NCBI GenBank assembly: GCA_964035545.1
Contig: OZ037766.1
Location: forward strand, 15,986,722-16,050,721
Length of the DNA stretch: 64,000 bases
From: Bugula neritina
Taxonomy: Eukaryota > Animalia > Bryozoa
Reading direction: 5' to 3'
A model generated the notes under the pieces. The model was not told the origin of the DNA. It worked only from the letters and a program-made list of their open reading frames with translations, and ran no database searches. Within the stretch, counting starts at the first letter, position 1; every line of letters begins with the position of its first letter. Below are positions 27,101 to 38,732 of this stretch, piece after piece. Position numbers and translations under genes: made by a program.

Positions 27101-27331
27101 CCCCGTAAGTCCCCAAACTCCCATTCTTGCAGACAGAGAGCATTAAGTTCGAAAAGGACATCACCCCCAACCTCTTGTGGTCAGAAGCAAGCACATGAAA
27201 GATCCCGGACACCGAGTCCTTATAAACCTGTGATGATACCATCACGTAGGTCTAGAGGCTCAGCATCTTCAGATGAGTCTCCAAAGCCATTTAAAACCCC
27301 AACTACTCCAGCTCGCACTCCAAGACAATAA
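21146..27331 (+). CDS. Tandem OTU-like protein, cluster gene 4 (Cys-containing OTU + pseudo-OTU + NLS-like exon + Ser/Arg/Pro tail)
   Basis: Exons 21146-21161 (MDFRS), 22367-22879 (SIPGDGNCLFQSIAEQ...GTHYNA), 23104-23538 (VRDGDSFFISVGEQ...DDCYAS, Cys and His both lost), 25856-25945 (KRKL...KRPKPK), 26587-26658 and 26877-27331 (TAA). All five introns are GT-AG phase 1 and the frame is continuous. Confidence 0.8.
23883..24094 (-). mobile_element. tRNA-derived SINE copy
   Basis: Minus strand: GGGAGCAGCCGTAGTCTAAGG...GCCTAGTAAACACGAAGTCGTGGGTTCGAGCCC (tRNA-Thr(AGT)-like arm and B box), then the shared body and 3' stem-loop. Confidence 0.88.
24503..24846. mobile_element. MITE with ~70-bp TIRs and TAA TSD (PIF/Harbinger-like)
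   Basis: GCCTAGGGCCATACGGTGCGTATTTTCGCATGC... versus ...GCATGCGAAAATACGCACAGTGTGGCCCTAGGC; TAA at 24500-24502 and 24847-24849. Confidence 0.8.
26193..26400 (-). mobile_element. tRNA-derived SINE copy
   Basis: Same family as 23883-24094 along its full length. Confidence 0.85.
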
Positions 27332-27594
27332 CTTTGAGAAATGTAGTCTTGTAATTATTATCAATTTAATTGTTGTGACAATAAAGTTATAAAATTTAGC
27401 TAGAGCTCAACTAAAACAAGATGATGCATTATTATTATATAAAACTGTTATAGTAATTATATCAAAAGCAAATTTATATAGTTTATTTTACTTGAATCAA
27501 TAAATCTAATATTGAAAAATTTTTTAAAAATGATGTTACGTGTACACAAAAGTTGTTTATATTTATGTATGCATAAAATTATCTTGAGAATTAG

Positions 27595-27599
<5 letters not shown>

Positions 27600-27664
<65 letters not shown>

Positions 27665-27773
27665 AGGGAGGGAGGGAGGGAGGGAGGGAGGGAGGGAGGG
27701 AGGGAGGGAGGGAGGGAGGGAGGGAGGGAGGGAGGGAGGGAGGGAGGGAGGGAGGGAGGGAGAGAGAGAGGGA
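27600..27773. repeat. Compound (GA)n/(GGGA)n polypurine microsatellite
   Basis: Seen directly; explains the ORFs at 27457-27844. Confidence 0.95.
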
Positions 27774-28565
27774 GGTGCAAGAGTCTGTCAGGATTGACAA
27801 TGTATGGCATCTTCAGTACTGGTGTCTTGCATGTCGAGCTGTAAGTTTTTTAACATTGTTTCTGACTCTAAGTCAGTCCGGCATGAATGCTTTGCTTTCA
27901 TTAAGCACAGTAGCAGGAAAGAGTGATACAGTTCTTAATGCTTGAAATAAAACTTATACTTATTAATCAAAGATGAATTTTTAATGCTTTAGCTTGCATA
28001 CATGGTATAGGTTAATCAGTGCAGTGGGACTATGACAAAACTGACACCCTGGAAGTTTAAACTCTTTAACATAGCATAACATAACATAACATAGGATTTT
28101 ATATATTTATGGTTATTTTAAAAGCTATATACTGGGTTGCTGCACCTCTGTTATCCAAGACAAAATCTGAATTTTATAAAAAGACTTAGCACTTGAAATT
28201 AGATGTCTGCAAAAAGTTTGAGAATGCCAGTAGCATTTACAAAGTGCCTAGAATATATAATTTAAAACCCTGTGTGTGTGCGTGATAGTTACAGAGATTA
28301 TCGTACTGCTAACTCATGAAATTATTATAGTTTTCTTCTATTAAAATGCAAGTAGGCAATTGTTTTAATATTATATATATGCTATTTTCAATTACAAATG
28401 ATTAGATATACCTATTCTTAACTGACACTGTTTTAAACAAACATCTATCATCTTAGATAGCACTTATGTCTTATAGAGTTAGAGCATTTGAGACTCAATC
28501 AATCTAACTGAAATATTATATTCTATAATAGACATTTAAAGACAAATATGTCAAACATGTAGTTT

Positions 28566-28974
28566 TGTAGTGAATTTTGCCAGTTCACTATTATTATTTG
28601 TGGGTCTACTTAATCAAAGCCACTGCGACAGGTTGTTTACGATGAGATACTTTATTATTTACACAAATACAAGAAGGTTATTTACTGCTAGCATGAATAG
28701 AAAACTGTTACATAATTACTGAGCTTTAACACACAACTACTCTAATTGAAGTCCCAAGCTGCTCTGCCGGCTAGCTACTCAGCGCACTGCAACTACGAGT
28801 AGCTAGCTCCACCTGCTATCAATTAATGTCACTGTCCTGATTGGTGGCTACTAATGGTGCCACTACTGTCCATAGTTACACTCCGACAGTGTCGAACTCA
28901 CAAGATACATAAAACAATATAGAGTAAACCTTTTCGATTAATACAATATACTTGCACCACTAAAATCTACCACA
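28566..28974 (-). repeat. 3' LTR of Gypsy element
   Basis: Identical by eye to 35771-36179; preceded on the minus strand by PPT-like AGGTGTGGCGAG. Confidence 0.96.
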
Positions 28975-29431
28975 CTCGCCACACCTATCGAAAAGTACAC
29001 TCTACGATTGATGCACATAATCTCAAAAAAATAACAAAAGGAATAAAGGCAAAATAAAACAAAAAGATCAAAACCACCAGGAATGAGAGAACACAAAATA
29101 TGTATTCAAAACGATGTCCATGTTGTACACGATCGATCCGGGTCAGTCACAGGGTAGGGGGGGGGGAATCTCTTCACCAAATGATGTAGGGTAGCATGAA
29201 CTTAGTGAGAAGGAGATGTACTGCTTCACACTCGTCTAGTCGAAGCCAAGCGATGGGGGAATCGATGAGTCCCCAGAAGAATCAAGCGTGGCAAAGGAGT
29301 CTCTCCCAAAGGGGGGAGAGAGTGGAAGGAATCTCCCCAAAGGGGGGGAAGATGGAGGGGGGGTTGACTGGTCTCTTTACTACCAACGTCTACCTCGTCG
29401 CCGTCGAATTCCCAAAAGGAAGAAAGGGAAG

Positions 29432-29620
29432 ACTTCTTCTTCTTAATTTCTATTTTTCTTTTTACTTCATGCAGGAATCTTTAATATTACTTCTTCTTCT
29501 TAACTTCTATTTTTACTTTTTAACTTCATGCAGGAATCTTTAGTATTACTTCTTCTTCTTAACTTCTATTTTTACTTTTTAACTTCATGCAGGAATCTTT
29601 AATATTACTTCTTCTTCTTA
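29432..29620. repeat. ~59-bp tandem repeat (about 3.2 copies) in the Gypsy 3' non-coding region
   Basis: Unit ACTTCTTCTTCTTAACTTCTATTTTTACTTTTTAACTTCATGCAGGAATCTTTAATATT. Confidence 0.9.
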
Positions 29621-30319
29621 TTAGGATGTAGCCACAGGGGAGAAGAGGGAAGAACTACTCTGCCTATACCGGAACGTGATCGCCAGAGGAGGGGAGGAAG
29701 GAGCTACGTGCCAGTTGTCTCTGGCACTTCTGTGATGACAGCCATCAGCACTGCTGTCATGTCGCTACAAGAATCTAGTCAAGCAGCCAGCATCTAGCCA
29801 AAAGTTGAGATGAATAATGTGACTGCGTTATGCCATGAGAAGGAATTTGGCCCCGCCATTCCAGTCTCACCTGCAACAGAATGCCAACAACTGTTGAAGG
29901 GGTTTGCACCTGTCAGTACGACACTTCGACTGAGTCTCGCAATCACTAACCACTGATTAATAATTAATCATGTGGTCGACCGCCCCACTCAAGTCATCAG
30001 TGAATCACCTGACTTGGGAAATCAACTTTATCGTTATGATAAAGCGAGACTGATTTAGGCTACCAGCTTGAATTCTACTTAAATAATAGAATTATACTAG
30101 TAGACTTACCATAAGACAGCCCTGACTTTAGTCTGCTGCCCACTTAGGCTACGTAGTGCGCCAGCCTGCCAAGTACATGCGTGCACGTTGGCAGTTGAAT
30201 CAGAAAAGAACGCTTTCCGCAGTGAAAGTGATTGTATAACACCCCTTTCACTAGCGAGCTGACTTCGCTCATTTCTTACCCCCGGTGGTGTTTTGTGTCA
30301 CACCACTGGGGTAGGCAAC

Positions 30320-33300
30320 TCACAATTGCGTCTCCTTATACCTTGGAAACGCAACTCTCAATTGCTCGTCCCCCCAGATTTCTTTTATGATAGCTGATGG
30401 ATGTTTTTCCACTGCATCACACAAGAAATCTTTTAAATAAGATGGAGGCGCCCTAGTGCGTTGGCTACGCTCCAACTGCACTGGGGAATTTGCTACGACT
30501 GGTGACTCTTCCACCACGGGTGGTGTCGCCAGTACGGGGGGGTCCACCAGTACGGGTGGCCCTCCCCCAGCTGCCTCTCCCTCAGTATCCTGAGGAATTT
30601 CCATCTCATCCGGAACGATGGGCCTGTCGACCGGCTCCACAGGTGGTGGGGCCGGCTCCGACAGGTCTTCCGGTGTGTCGACCTCCTCTTCCTGGGGTGG
30701 AGGAGGTTGGGGCTGGTCGGCTGGCGCATCAGCCGCCCCGTCCTGGTCTGGCAGTATCTCCTCAATCTCTCGATATGCCATGGGTCGCCCCCTCATAGGA
30801 GGGCGCCTAGCTGGCTCTAAGAGAGGAGGTGCTTGACCTGCCGCATCAGGACTTGCCCAGTGAGGTTTTAGCCGTGCCTCGTTCTGGACCGACACTTGTC
30901 CAGACCGTTCCACTTTGTATGTATGATTTGGCATTACCTCAATTACGCAGTAGGGACCTACGAACTTCGGCTGCAACTTGGCTGCCTGTCCGCGCCTGCG
31001 GCGATGACTGGTCATCCAGACCCAGTCCCCCACCTTGTATAAAGGTGGGTCGTCAGAGTCACCACTCCTGACCTGCCACTGCTGCTCACGTAGCACCTCG
31101 TGAGCCGTCCCCATGCGTTTGACGAGCTTGTCCACGTAGTCGTGGACATTGCTCTCGGGAGTCGGAACATGATAGGTTACATGCTCAGGAACCCTTGTTT
31201 CTCTCCCCAGCATGAGAAAATTAGGGGTCTCCAGTGTACTGGAGTGAGGGGTACTACGGTACGCTCGCATGATCTGCGGCAACACCAAGTCCCACTCTTC
31301 CTGGCTCCTACCGATAAGCAGGCTTCTCAGAGAGTCCCCTAGCATTCGGTTGTTCCGCTCCACGACCCCGTTCCCTTGCGGGTGATACGGGGTCGTCCGA
31401 CTCTGGTTTACCCCCCACATTCTACAGAGATCGCTCATAAGTTGCGACTGAAACTGGGCGCCCTGGTCAGAGTGTATCTGCTCCGGCAAGCCGAAATAGC
31501 AGAACACCTGTTGATCCAGAGCTCTGGCCACCGAGGGGGCCGATGCATCTGGAATGGCCAGTGCATCAGCCCACCGCGTGAAATGGTCAGTTAATACCAG
31601 TATCCAGTTATTACCTCTCGCTGTAGTGGGCATGGGGCCTACCAGATCGACAGCAACCACCTGCCACGGACGACCGGCATGGAGGCGACGCCTCCCTGCG
31701 GTCTCAGTGGGGCGGCCATGCTTGCTAGCTTGGCACACCTCGCACTTCCGCACCCGGAGTCGGACATCCCGGGTCATACCGGGCCAAAACCACTGGAGTT
31801 GAAGACACCTGATCACCCGGCTAGCTCCTGCGTGAGCTTGCTTATGGGTGTCCCAGATCAACTCCCGCCGCAGAGCTGACGGGCAGACTACCCTCTCTCG
31901 TTCACTGCGATTGGTGCCGACTGCCAACGTGATCGTTAGCAGCCCATCGCTGTTGAACCTTAGGGAGTCCCAGCGGTCACAGAAGTACTTAAACTCAGTA
32001 CTCTTCACTCGCTGTTCGGCCTCACTCGGCCGCCGTCCCTCCTTCTTGGCCCGGACTAGGTCAGCTACCACCCCTGGTAGCGTGGACTGGAGCCGACATA
32101 GCTCCCTGACGTTCCGAAGCAACGTGGGGTTTGCGTGAAGGTTGTTAACAGCTTTGTTGGGTGATTCGGACAGGAGTTGCCCTTCTTCCCAGCTGTACAC
32201 ACCCGCTTTCCCCAACTGCGCTTCGACGTCCGAGCGAGGGGGTCCACCGTCCCTGCGCTCGATATTCTGGCATTGCTTACACCCATCTGCCTGGCGGCGG
32301 CTGAGTCCATCTGCATTACCGTGTTTCTTACCGGGTCGATGCTCGATCCGATAAGAAAACTCTGCCAGGATCTCTAGCCAGCGCGCCACTTGGCTGGATG
32401 GTTCTGCCCGTCGACACAGCCATATCAGGGACGCATGATCCGTCCGAAGCCGGAATGTGCGCCCATATAGATATGGTCTAAAGTGTTTGACCGCCTTGAC
32501 TACTGCCAAGAGTTCCCTCCTGGTTGTACAGTAGTTCTTCTCAGGCGCCGACAGGGCCTTGCTATAGTAAGCCACCACCGCCTCGCGACCATCTTGGACC
32601 TGCGATAGCACAGCCCCCACATTATGGTTACTGGCATCAGTATCCAAAATGTACTCCTTCGCAGGGTCAGGATACGCCAAGATGGGTGCTTCCACCAGGC
32701 GATCCTTCAGGTGGTCAAATGCCTTCTGCTCAGCCTGCGTCCACTGCCATCGCACCCCCTTCGCGGTCAGCCGATTTAACGGCTGTGCAATTCCTGCGAA
32801 GTCTGGTATGTACTGACGATAGTACCCTACCAGCCCCAGGAACGCCCGCAATTCAGAGAGGTCGACAGGAACGGCCCAGTCCCTCACGGCCCGTACCTTC
32901 TCGGGGTCGGTGGCGACCCCGTCTCGACCAACTACATGGCCCAGGTACTTGACCTCGCGTTGCAGTAATGCACACTTCGAGGGCTTCAGCTTCAGGTTAG
33001 CAGCTCGGAGTCTGTCGAACACCTCCCTGAGTCGACTGACATGTGTGTCGAAGTCGGGGGAGATGACGATGACATCATCGAGATATATGAGCAAGGTCTT
33101 CCAGTGCAGTCCACTCAGGACCTGCTCCATGAGTCGCTGGAAGGTGGCTGGTGCGGACGTAAGTCCGAATGGCAACACCTTCCATTTCCAGAGCCCATCC
33201 CGCGTTATAAACGCGGCCTTGTCCTGTGCTTCAGGACTCAGGGGCACCTGCCAATACCCGCTTAACAAGTCCAACGTGCTGAAGAACTTGCTACCAGCTA

Positions 33301-34869
33301 AGGCATCGAGCGACTCATCGATCCTCGGGAGAGGGTAAGCGTCCTGGATGGTCACGCTGTTCAGCCTGCGATAGTCAACGCAAAACCTCCAGCTACCATC
33401 CTTTTTCCGAACCAGGACGACTGGAGAACTCCAGGCCCCATGGCCTGGCTCAATCAGGTCCCGGTTCAGAAGGTCTTGCACCTGACGGCTCACTTCTCTC
33501 TCCTTCTCAGGACCTAACCGGCGGGTCGGCTGCCGAATCGGCACCGTCCCCGCCGCCAGGGGTATCTCATGACGAACTGTCTCAGTCAGACCCATGTCAT
33601 GGTCGCCGCAACTGAACACATCCTTGTACTCAGAGAGTAGCCGCGCCATCTCCAGGCGTTCTCGCTTGCTCTCACAGCCATCACAGGCATCCTCGTACAA
33701 CTCTGCTACGTGTTCAGGCACCGGCCCCCTGCCGTCTCTAGTGGGTACTCCCCGGGCACCGTCCGCTGTTTCCAGCGCGGGCCCTACATCCTCCTCTTGC
33801 ACGGAGTGGAACTTCCCTACTAGAGACCCAGCCGGTAATTCTACCGGCTCCGTGAAAGGGTTTACGCACTGGACCAGGAACTCCCTCCGCTCATCCAGTC
33901 TATTCAGACTGTTAGCGAGCTGGACGCCCCCCAGTGCACCTTCCACCACTCCGAGTTCGGAGATCTCCCTACAGTTCACTCTGCAGCGAACTGTAGCCCG
34001 GGAGCGCCCAGGTACAGTACAGCGCTGTACCACCTGCACTCCCCCCACCAAGGGTCGGCCAAATCGGTCGACACAGGCCAGCTCACGCCCCGCCATCACT
34101 ACTGCCGACTTGCTAAAGTCGATGTAGCACCTGTGTCGCTTCAGAAATGGCATGCCCAAGATGGCATCCTCCTTGAGTTGACTGACGATGAAGGTCTCAC
34201 TGATCATCTGATCACGGACTCTACCAGTCAACTGGATTACCCCATAGAAAGGAATGCACGACCCGTCCGCCAACGTGCCGTGTTCCCCCTCATATGGTTC
34301 TAGGCTAGCCCTGTCCTTGGCACTGAGAGTGTCGAAGAGACGTCGACTCAGTAGATTTGTGGTACACCCAGTATCCAACAGGAATGTGGCAGCTTTACCA
34401 GCAATTTTGCCGGGGAGGAAATAGCTGCTTCCATATGGCTGGGCGCTCACTGAGCGATTTGTCTCTTGAGGCGACACCTCATGTGCATGGAATTGGGGAT
34501 GCACCTGTGCTTTTCGGTTGCGAGGGGGTCGTCGACGTTGCATGGGCGGGCAGGGTACGTCTCGGTCTCGCTCACACACGGGCGGCCGAGTGAATTCTCG
34601 GACTGATGCTCGTGTGGGCAACCGAGGAAAATCCCTGTTGTGCTCCCATTCGTCGTTCACTCCCTCATCAAGCAAACCTTCAAAGCGGTTTTTGAGTGCC
34701 CAAGCCGGAGGTATTGGTGGGCCTTGCGGCCGACTCACTCTCCTTGGGGCTTGCCACTCTGGCGAAGGCGGCCTCCTCACCCGATGGGGTGGGGGCCGTA
34801 GCCTTTGCCTTGGGGGGTTAAACTGGGGCCCACGGTAGGCGGAAGTTACCGTGGGCCGTCGCTGTTTAA
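30320..34869 (-). CDS. pol: Gypsy Pol (aspartic protease, RT, RNase H, integrase), reached by -1 frameshift from gag
   Basis: LLDTGC protease motif; LPFGL and YLDD (RT); DTDAS...RELL...TDH (RNase H); H-x4-H...C-x2-C zinc finger, D-D-35-E core and GPY motif (integrase). Confidence 0.96.
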
Positions 34870-34870
34870 C
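34827..34870 (-). promoter_or_regulatory. -1 programmed ribosomal frameshift signal
   Basis: Slippery G TTA AAC (34870-34864, gag frame), 6-nt spacer, then an 11-bp perfect stem GGCCCACGGTA/TACCGTGGGCC with a 9-nt loop; pol is in the -1 frame. Confidence 0.82.
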
Positions 34871-35715
34871 CGCCTCCCACTGCCGCGGGGGCAACTTCGT
34901 AGGAAGTGCCCACCACTACCACAGCCCCAGCATACGGGGCCGCGCCTGTCGGCGACAGCTACCGACGACCTCTTGGGTCTCTCGGCTGTCGCCTGCTGGC
35001 GCAGTTGCCTGAACTCGGCGAGCAGTTCTCGAATCAAGCTCGTGGTTAAGCTAGATTCGTCTGCTGCTGCCGCTGCGACTTGTACAGCTGTCTTCGTTGA
35101 CGACGTCGACACGTCGTCTGCCCCGACTTGCTGTACTGTCGCGCCAGGTCGACTTGCACTGTCGGCTTGGAAATAGGCATTCCCAAGCCTTAGAGCTCTC
35201 TCCATAGTCTCAACTTCGGCCACCAGCAGATGCTGTTTAAGACCGAGGTTGTTAATAGACTGGAGGAATGCATCCAGTGCTAGGCTCTGTCGACCATCGG
35301 CAGGCAAGTCGCTGTAAGCAACTTGTGCCAGTCGTTCGACTACGGTAGCGTGCTCTCGCAGATTGGTCTTAGGATTTCTCCTAAGACTCTGCAGTTGCAC
35401 GCGAGCATCTCGAGCGGTTAATCCAAACCTAGCTCGTATTGCTTCAAATATGTCACCGACATTCTGGCTTATCCCATAGGGTTTAGCCGGCCCTGTCAGA
35501 CACAACCGCAGCTGGATCAGAGTAACCCTGTTCGGCCATCCGCAGATGTCCGCCACATCACTGAACTCAGTGATGAATTGCTCCACATCTTCTTCTCCAG
35601 AGAAGGTGGGAGCCCGCAAGTGGTACCTGTCCATAGGCAGCGCTGGGCCGCCTATGTGATCCTCCTCCATTGCTGCTGGCTCCTGTCGGGGCGCGTCGAC
35701 GACTTCGTCGGCCAT
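34846..35715 (-). CDS. gag: Gypsy Gag with CCHC zinc knuckle
   Basis: 289-aa ORF starting 36 nt after the PBS; CWGCGSGGHFLRSC knuckle; PTFSGEEDVEQF capsid-like start. Confidence 0.93.
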   Translation of the reverse strand: MADEVVDAPRQEPAAMEEDHIGGPALPMDRYHLRAPTFSGEEDVEQFITEFSDVADICGWPNRVTLIQLRLCLTGPAKPYGISQNVGDIFEAIRARFGLTARDARVQLQSLRRNPKTNLREHATVVERLAQVAYSDLPADGRQSLALDAFLQSINNLGLKQHLLVAEVETMERALRLGNAYFQADSASRPGATVQQVGADDVSTSSTKTAVQVAAAAADESSLTTSLIRELLAEFRQLRQQATAERPKRSSVAVADRRGPVCWGCGSGGHFLRSCPRGSGRRLNSDGPR

Positions 35716-35751
35716 CTTACTCCCTGACTAGGGGCATTTGTATTAAGTGAG

Positions 35752-35769
35752 ATCCCACCGCTGCCACCA
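35752..35769 (-). promoter_or_regulatory. Primer-binding site, tRNA-Leu
   Basis: TGGTGGCAGCGGTGGGAT one base after the 5' LTR; complementary to the 3' end of animal tRNA-Leu(AAG/TAG) as I recall it. Confidence 0.85.
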
Positions 35770-35770
35770 G

Positions 35771-36179
35771 TGTAGTGAATTTTGCCAGTTCACTATTATT
35801 ATTTGTGGGTCTACTTAATCAAAGCCACTGCGACAGGTTGTTTACGATGAGATACTTTATTATTTACACAAATACAAGAAGGTTATTTACTGCTAGCATG
35901 AATAGAAAACTGTTACATAATTACTGAGCTTTAACACACAACTACTCTAATTGAAGTCCCAAGCTGCTCTGCCGGCTAGCTACTCAGCGCACTGCAACTA
36001 CGAGTAGCTAGCTCCACCTGCTATCAATTAATGTCACTGTCCTGATTGGTGGCTACTAATGGTGCCACTACTGTCCATAGTTACACTCCGACAGTGTCGA
36101 ACTCACAAGATACATAAAACAATATAGAGTAAACCTTTTCGATTAATACAATATACTTGCACCACTAAAATCTACCACA
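35771..36179 (-). repeat. 5' LTR of Gypsy element
   Basis: Identical to 28566-28974; contains CCAAT and AATAAA on the minus strand. Confidence 0.96.
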
Positions 36180-37964
36180 GTTTTACGTATGATAATTTCC
36201 ATAGTACATACTTAAATTGGGTCCTTGATTTTTGATAACATTTAATTTTCCTTTTCAATCATAAATGTCATCATATCATAAGCAGTCCGTTATATGTATC
36301 TCTGTATATGGTTTCATATCAGCTCAATTGCACTGACCATAGTTCATAACCACAGAAGTAAACTTCATCTTGATGCAGATTTGTGGCCTGGTAATTCATT
36401 CAATGTTGATTATAGAGTTATACTACCCGTAACTCCGTAAGCTGTAATGTGATGGCCAATGTTTAATCGTTGTGGAGCTGGAATAATATTATCCTTTATA
36501 CACTTTATCTCCAAATAGAATGATGCATTCTAGCCTTTGCTCTTTCATAATTTCAAAACACTAACAAAAGAGCGTTATAACTAATAATACGCAAATCCTA
36601 TTTAAAATAAATTGATATATTTGATAAGGTCTTAAGCTATATACAAATGAATGAATTGGTAAAGCTAATAGCAATTGTTAATTACTTTTCCTTGTTTTCA
36701 GTGTTATAGCTTATTAGTGTTATTATGTTGAATGGTATTACTATTAGCTTGAAGTTAATGCCATTTTTTATTTTTCAACATGATCATTTTATAGTTTTAA
36801 TAGCCAATTCGAATTCCTCCTATTTAACAATAGTTTTGATGTTTCACGTTTAGTTTGAGTTTCTCACTTAGACTTCTGGTTTGAGTTTCACAATCACTGT
36901 TTTAGTGTTCAAGCTTAGATTAAGTCTTGTAATAAGTAAATGTAATAACTAGTAAGTGATGAATTATTGAATAAGACTGAGAGTAAGAGTAACCGTAAAA
37001 GTTGGACTTAAAGTAAGATTAACATAAACAAGTCTTTACTAGATTTACTTTTAGTTTTAGACTTACAGTTACTCTTACTCTTAGTCTTACTCTTACTCTT
37101 AGAGTTAGTGGTAGTCTTAGAACTTACTCTTATAGTTACTTTAACCCATACTGTTGCTGTTACTAGTAGTAATGTCAAGACTAAAGGTAAGTCTAACTCC
37201 AAGTCTTGGTCTAGCGTCTAACAGTAATAGTAACACTTGCACTAAACTAAAACAGTAGCAGATCAAACAGCGAACAGGTCAATAAATATAATAACTCAAT
37301 GTCAAACTCAATATGAATAAGTATAACTAGAATATTCACTTTCAGTTTTCTAGTTATAAGTTAAAGTTATGCTGGAACCGTATCGGTATTGCTATTAGTA
37401 TTAGACTTGGTATGCTGTAAGTGTATAGCAGTATAAGTATAGTGTACTCATGCTGACAGCATGAGTATAGTATTAGTTTAGTATTACTATTACTGTATCA
37501 CTATCGCATTTGCTATCCATATGCATTGTGATTGTTTTTAATTAAATTATAAGACCATCCTGCGAAGAAGTCCAAGTTCTATATATAAATATAGGACTAA
37601 GTTGCTTTAAGTTTAACTTCCAAATATAAGATTAAGGAAAATTTTAATTATTTTTTTTTTTTCATTCATGTTCATATTGTAATTTATATCATTAATATTA
37701 ATAATAACAGATAACTGGTACTTTTTAATGGAATAAATTTTAGTTTTTTAGGAGGTACCATTAATTGATTTTGTGAATTTTTGTAATGATAATGATTATA
37801 GAAACACTAAAATTAAAGTACTCTATCAATTTTCACTAAAATCTAAGAATAAGTTTGTCAAGACAGAGCACTAGTAGTAAACCAGAGAGAGTAAGTATAA
37901 GAATAAGTCGCCAATACAGAAAATAATATCGCATGGGATTAGATGAACTCCAAGACTAAAACTT

Positions 37965-38170
37965 GCGCAAGTTTATAGTTGATATCTTTGTGAGAAACCC
38001 CTGATGGAAGGGTTTTTTGTTAAATTAGGCTAAGGACTTATTCAGATGAGGCATAGGAGCAATTATGACTGGATGCTCTTCCTAGCATTACCAATGGCCT
38101 TTGTTAGGGCTCGAACCCATGACTTCGTGCTTACTAGGCAAACGTTCTACCCCCTTAGACCACGGCTGCT
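37965..38170 (-). mobile_element. tRNA-derived SINE copy
   Basis: Same family; B box GGGTTCGAGCCC on the minus strand. Confidence 0.87.
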
Positions 38171-38732
38171 TTAAGACTAAAGGTAGCAATAAATAGTTAT
38201 TCGGTTATTGTATCAAATTTAATACAATGATTTTAATACATTTTATTTGATAATAAAAATATAAAATCTAGGAAGTAAATTAAAATAATCTAAAAGGTAT
38301 TCTTTCGGCCAGTAAGTTCTAGCTCCTACAACTATCTTTGCTGTAAGTTTATGCCTATAGTTGCTGCTAGTTATTGCAGACGACTGAAGTTTAAAATCTA
38401 TTCCAAATAGCAGTACAATCAAATTTCATTTTCCTTTTATTGTAATAACTTATGTAAAATGTTGTTTATAGAATTTATCATTTAACATTCTCCCATTCTA
38501 CACCATTTGCCTCCCCCTGGTAATTATATCATAATGTATATGAGAATGCCATTTTACCTTTTCAGCAACTTTTTTCAACTGTATCTAATTGCAGGAAAAG
38601 TTTCACTTTAAAACATAAAGTCACAATTGCTGCGCTCCAAGAAGAATCCTAAACTTTGAATTACATACAGTCTTACAAACCTAAAGTTGCTAGATAGGAT
38701 AACATATCACTGATTACTGAGCTGCAAAGGAT

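Larger units (their letters stand above)
28566..36179 (-). mobile_element. Full-length Ty3/Gypsy LTR retrotransposon
   Basis: Two identical 409-bp TG...CA LTRs; 4-bp TSD GTTT (28562-28565 and 36180-36183); PBS; purine-rich tract next to the 3' LTR; intact gag and pol in the order PR-RT-RH-IN. Confidence 0.97.

Noticed and set aside
27457-27844. ER/GGRE and LPPS repeat ORFs
   Set aside because: Translation of a polypurine microsatellite.
29196-29543. 115-aa antisense ORF in the Gypsy 3' region as an env or accessory gene
   Set aside because: Runs into the 59-bp tandem repeat and has no env-like features.
30490-35176. Many plus-strand ORFs overlapping gag/pol
   Set aside because: Expected antisense ORFs in GC-rich coding sequence.
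37008-37202. Small ORF with a hydrophobic segment and SK repeats
   Set aside because: Derived from a low-complexity TTACTC/TTAGTC repeat; starts at TTG; no splice support.
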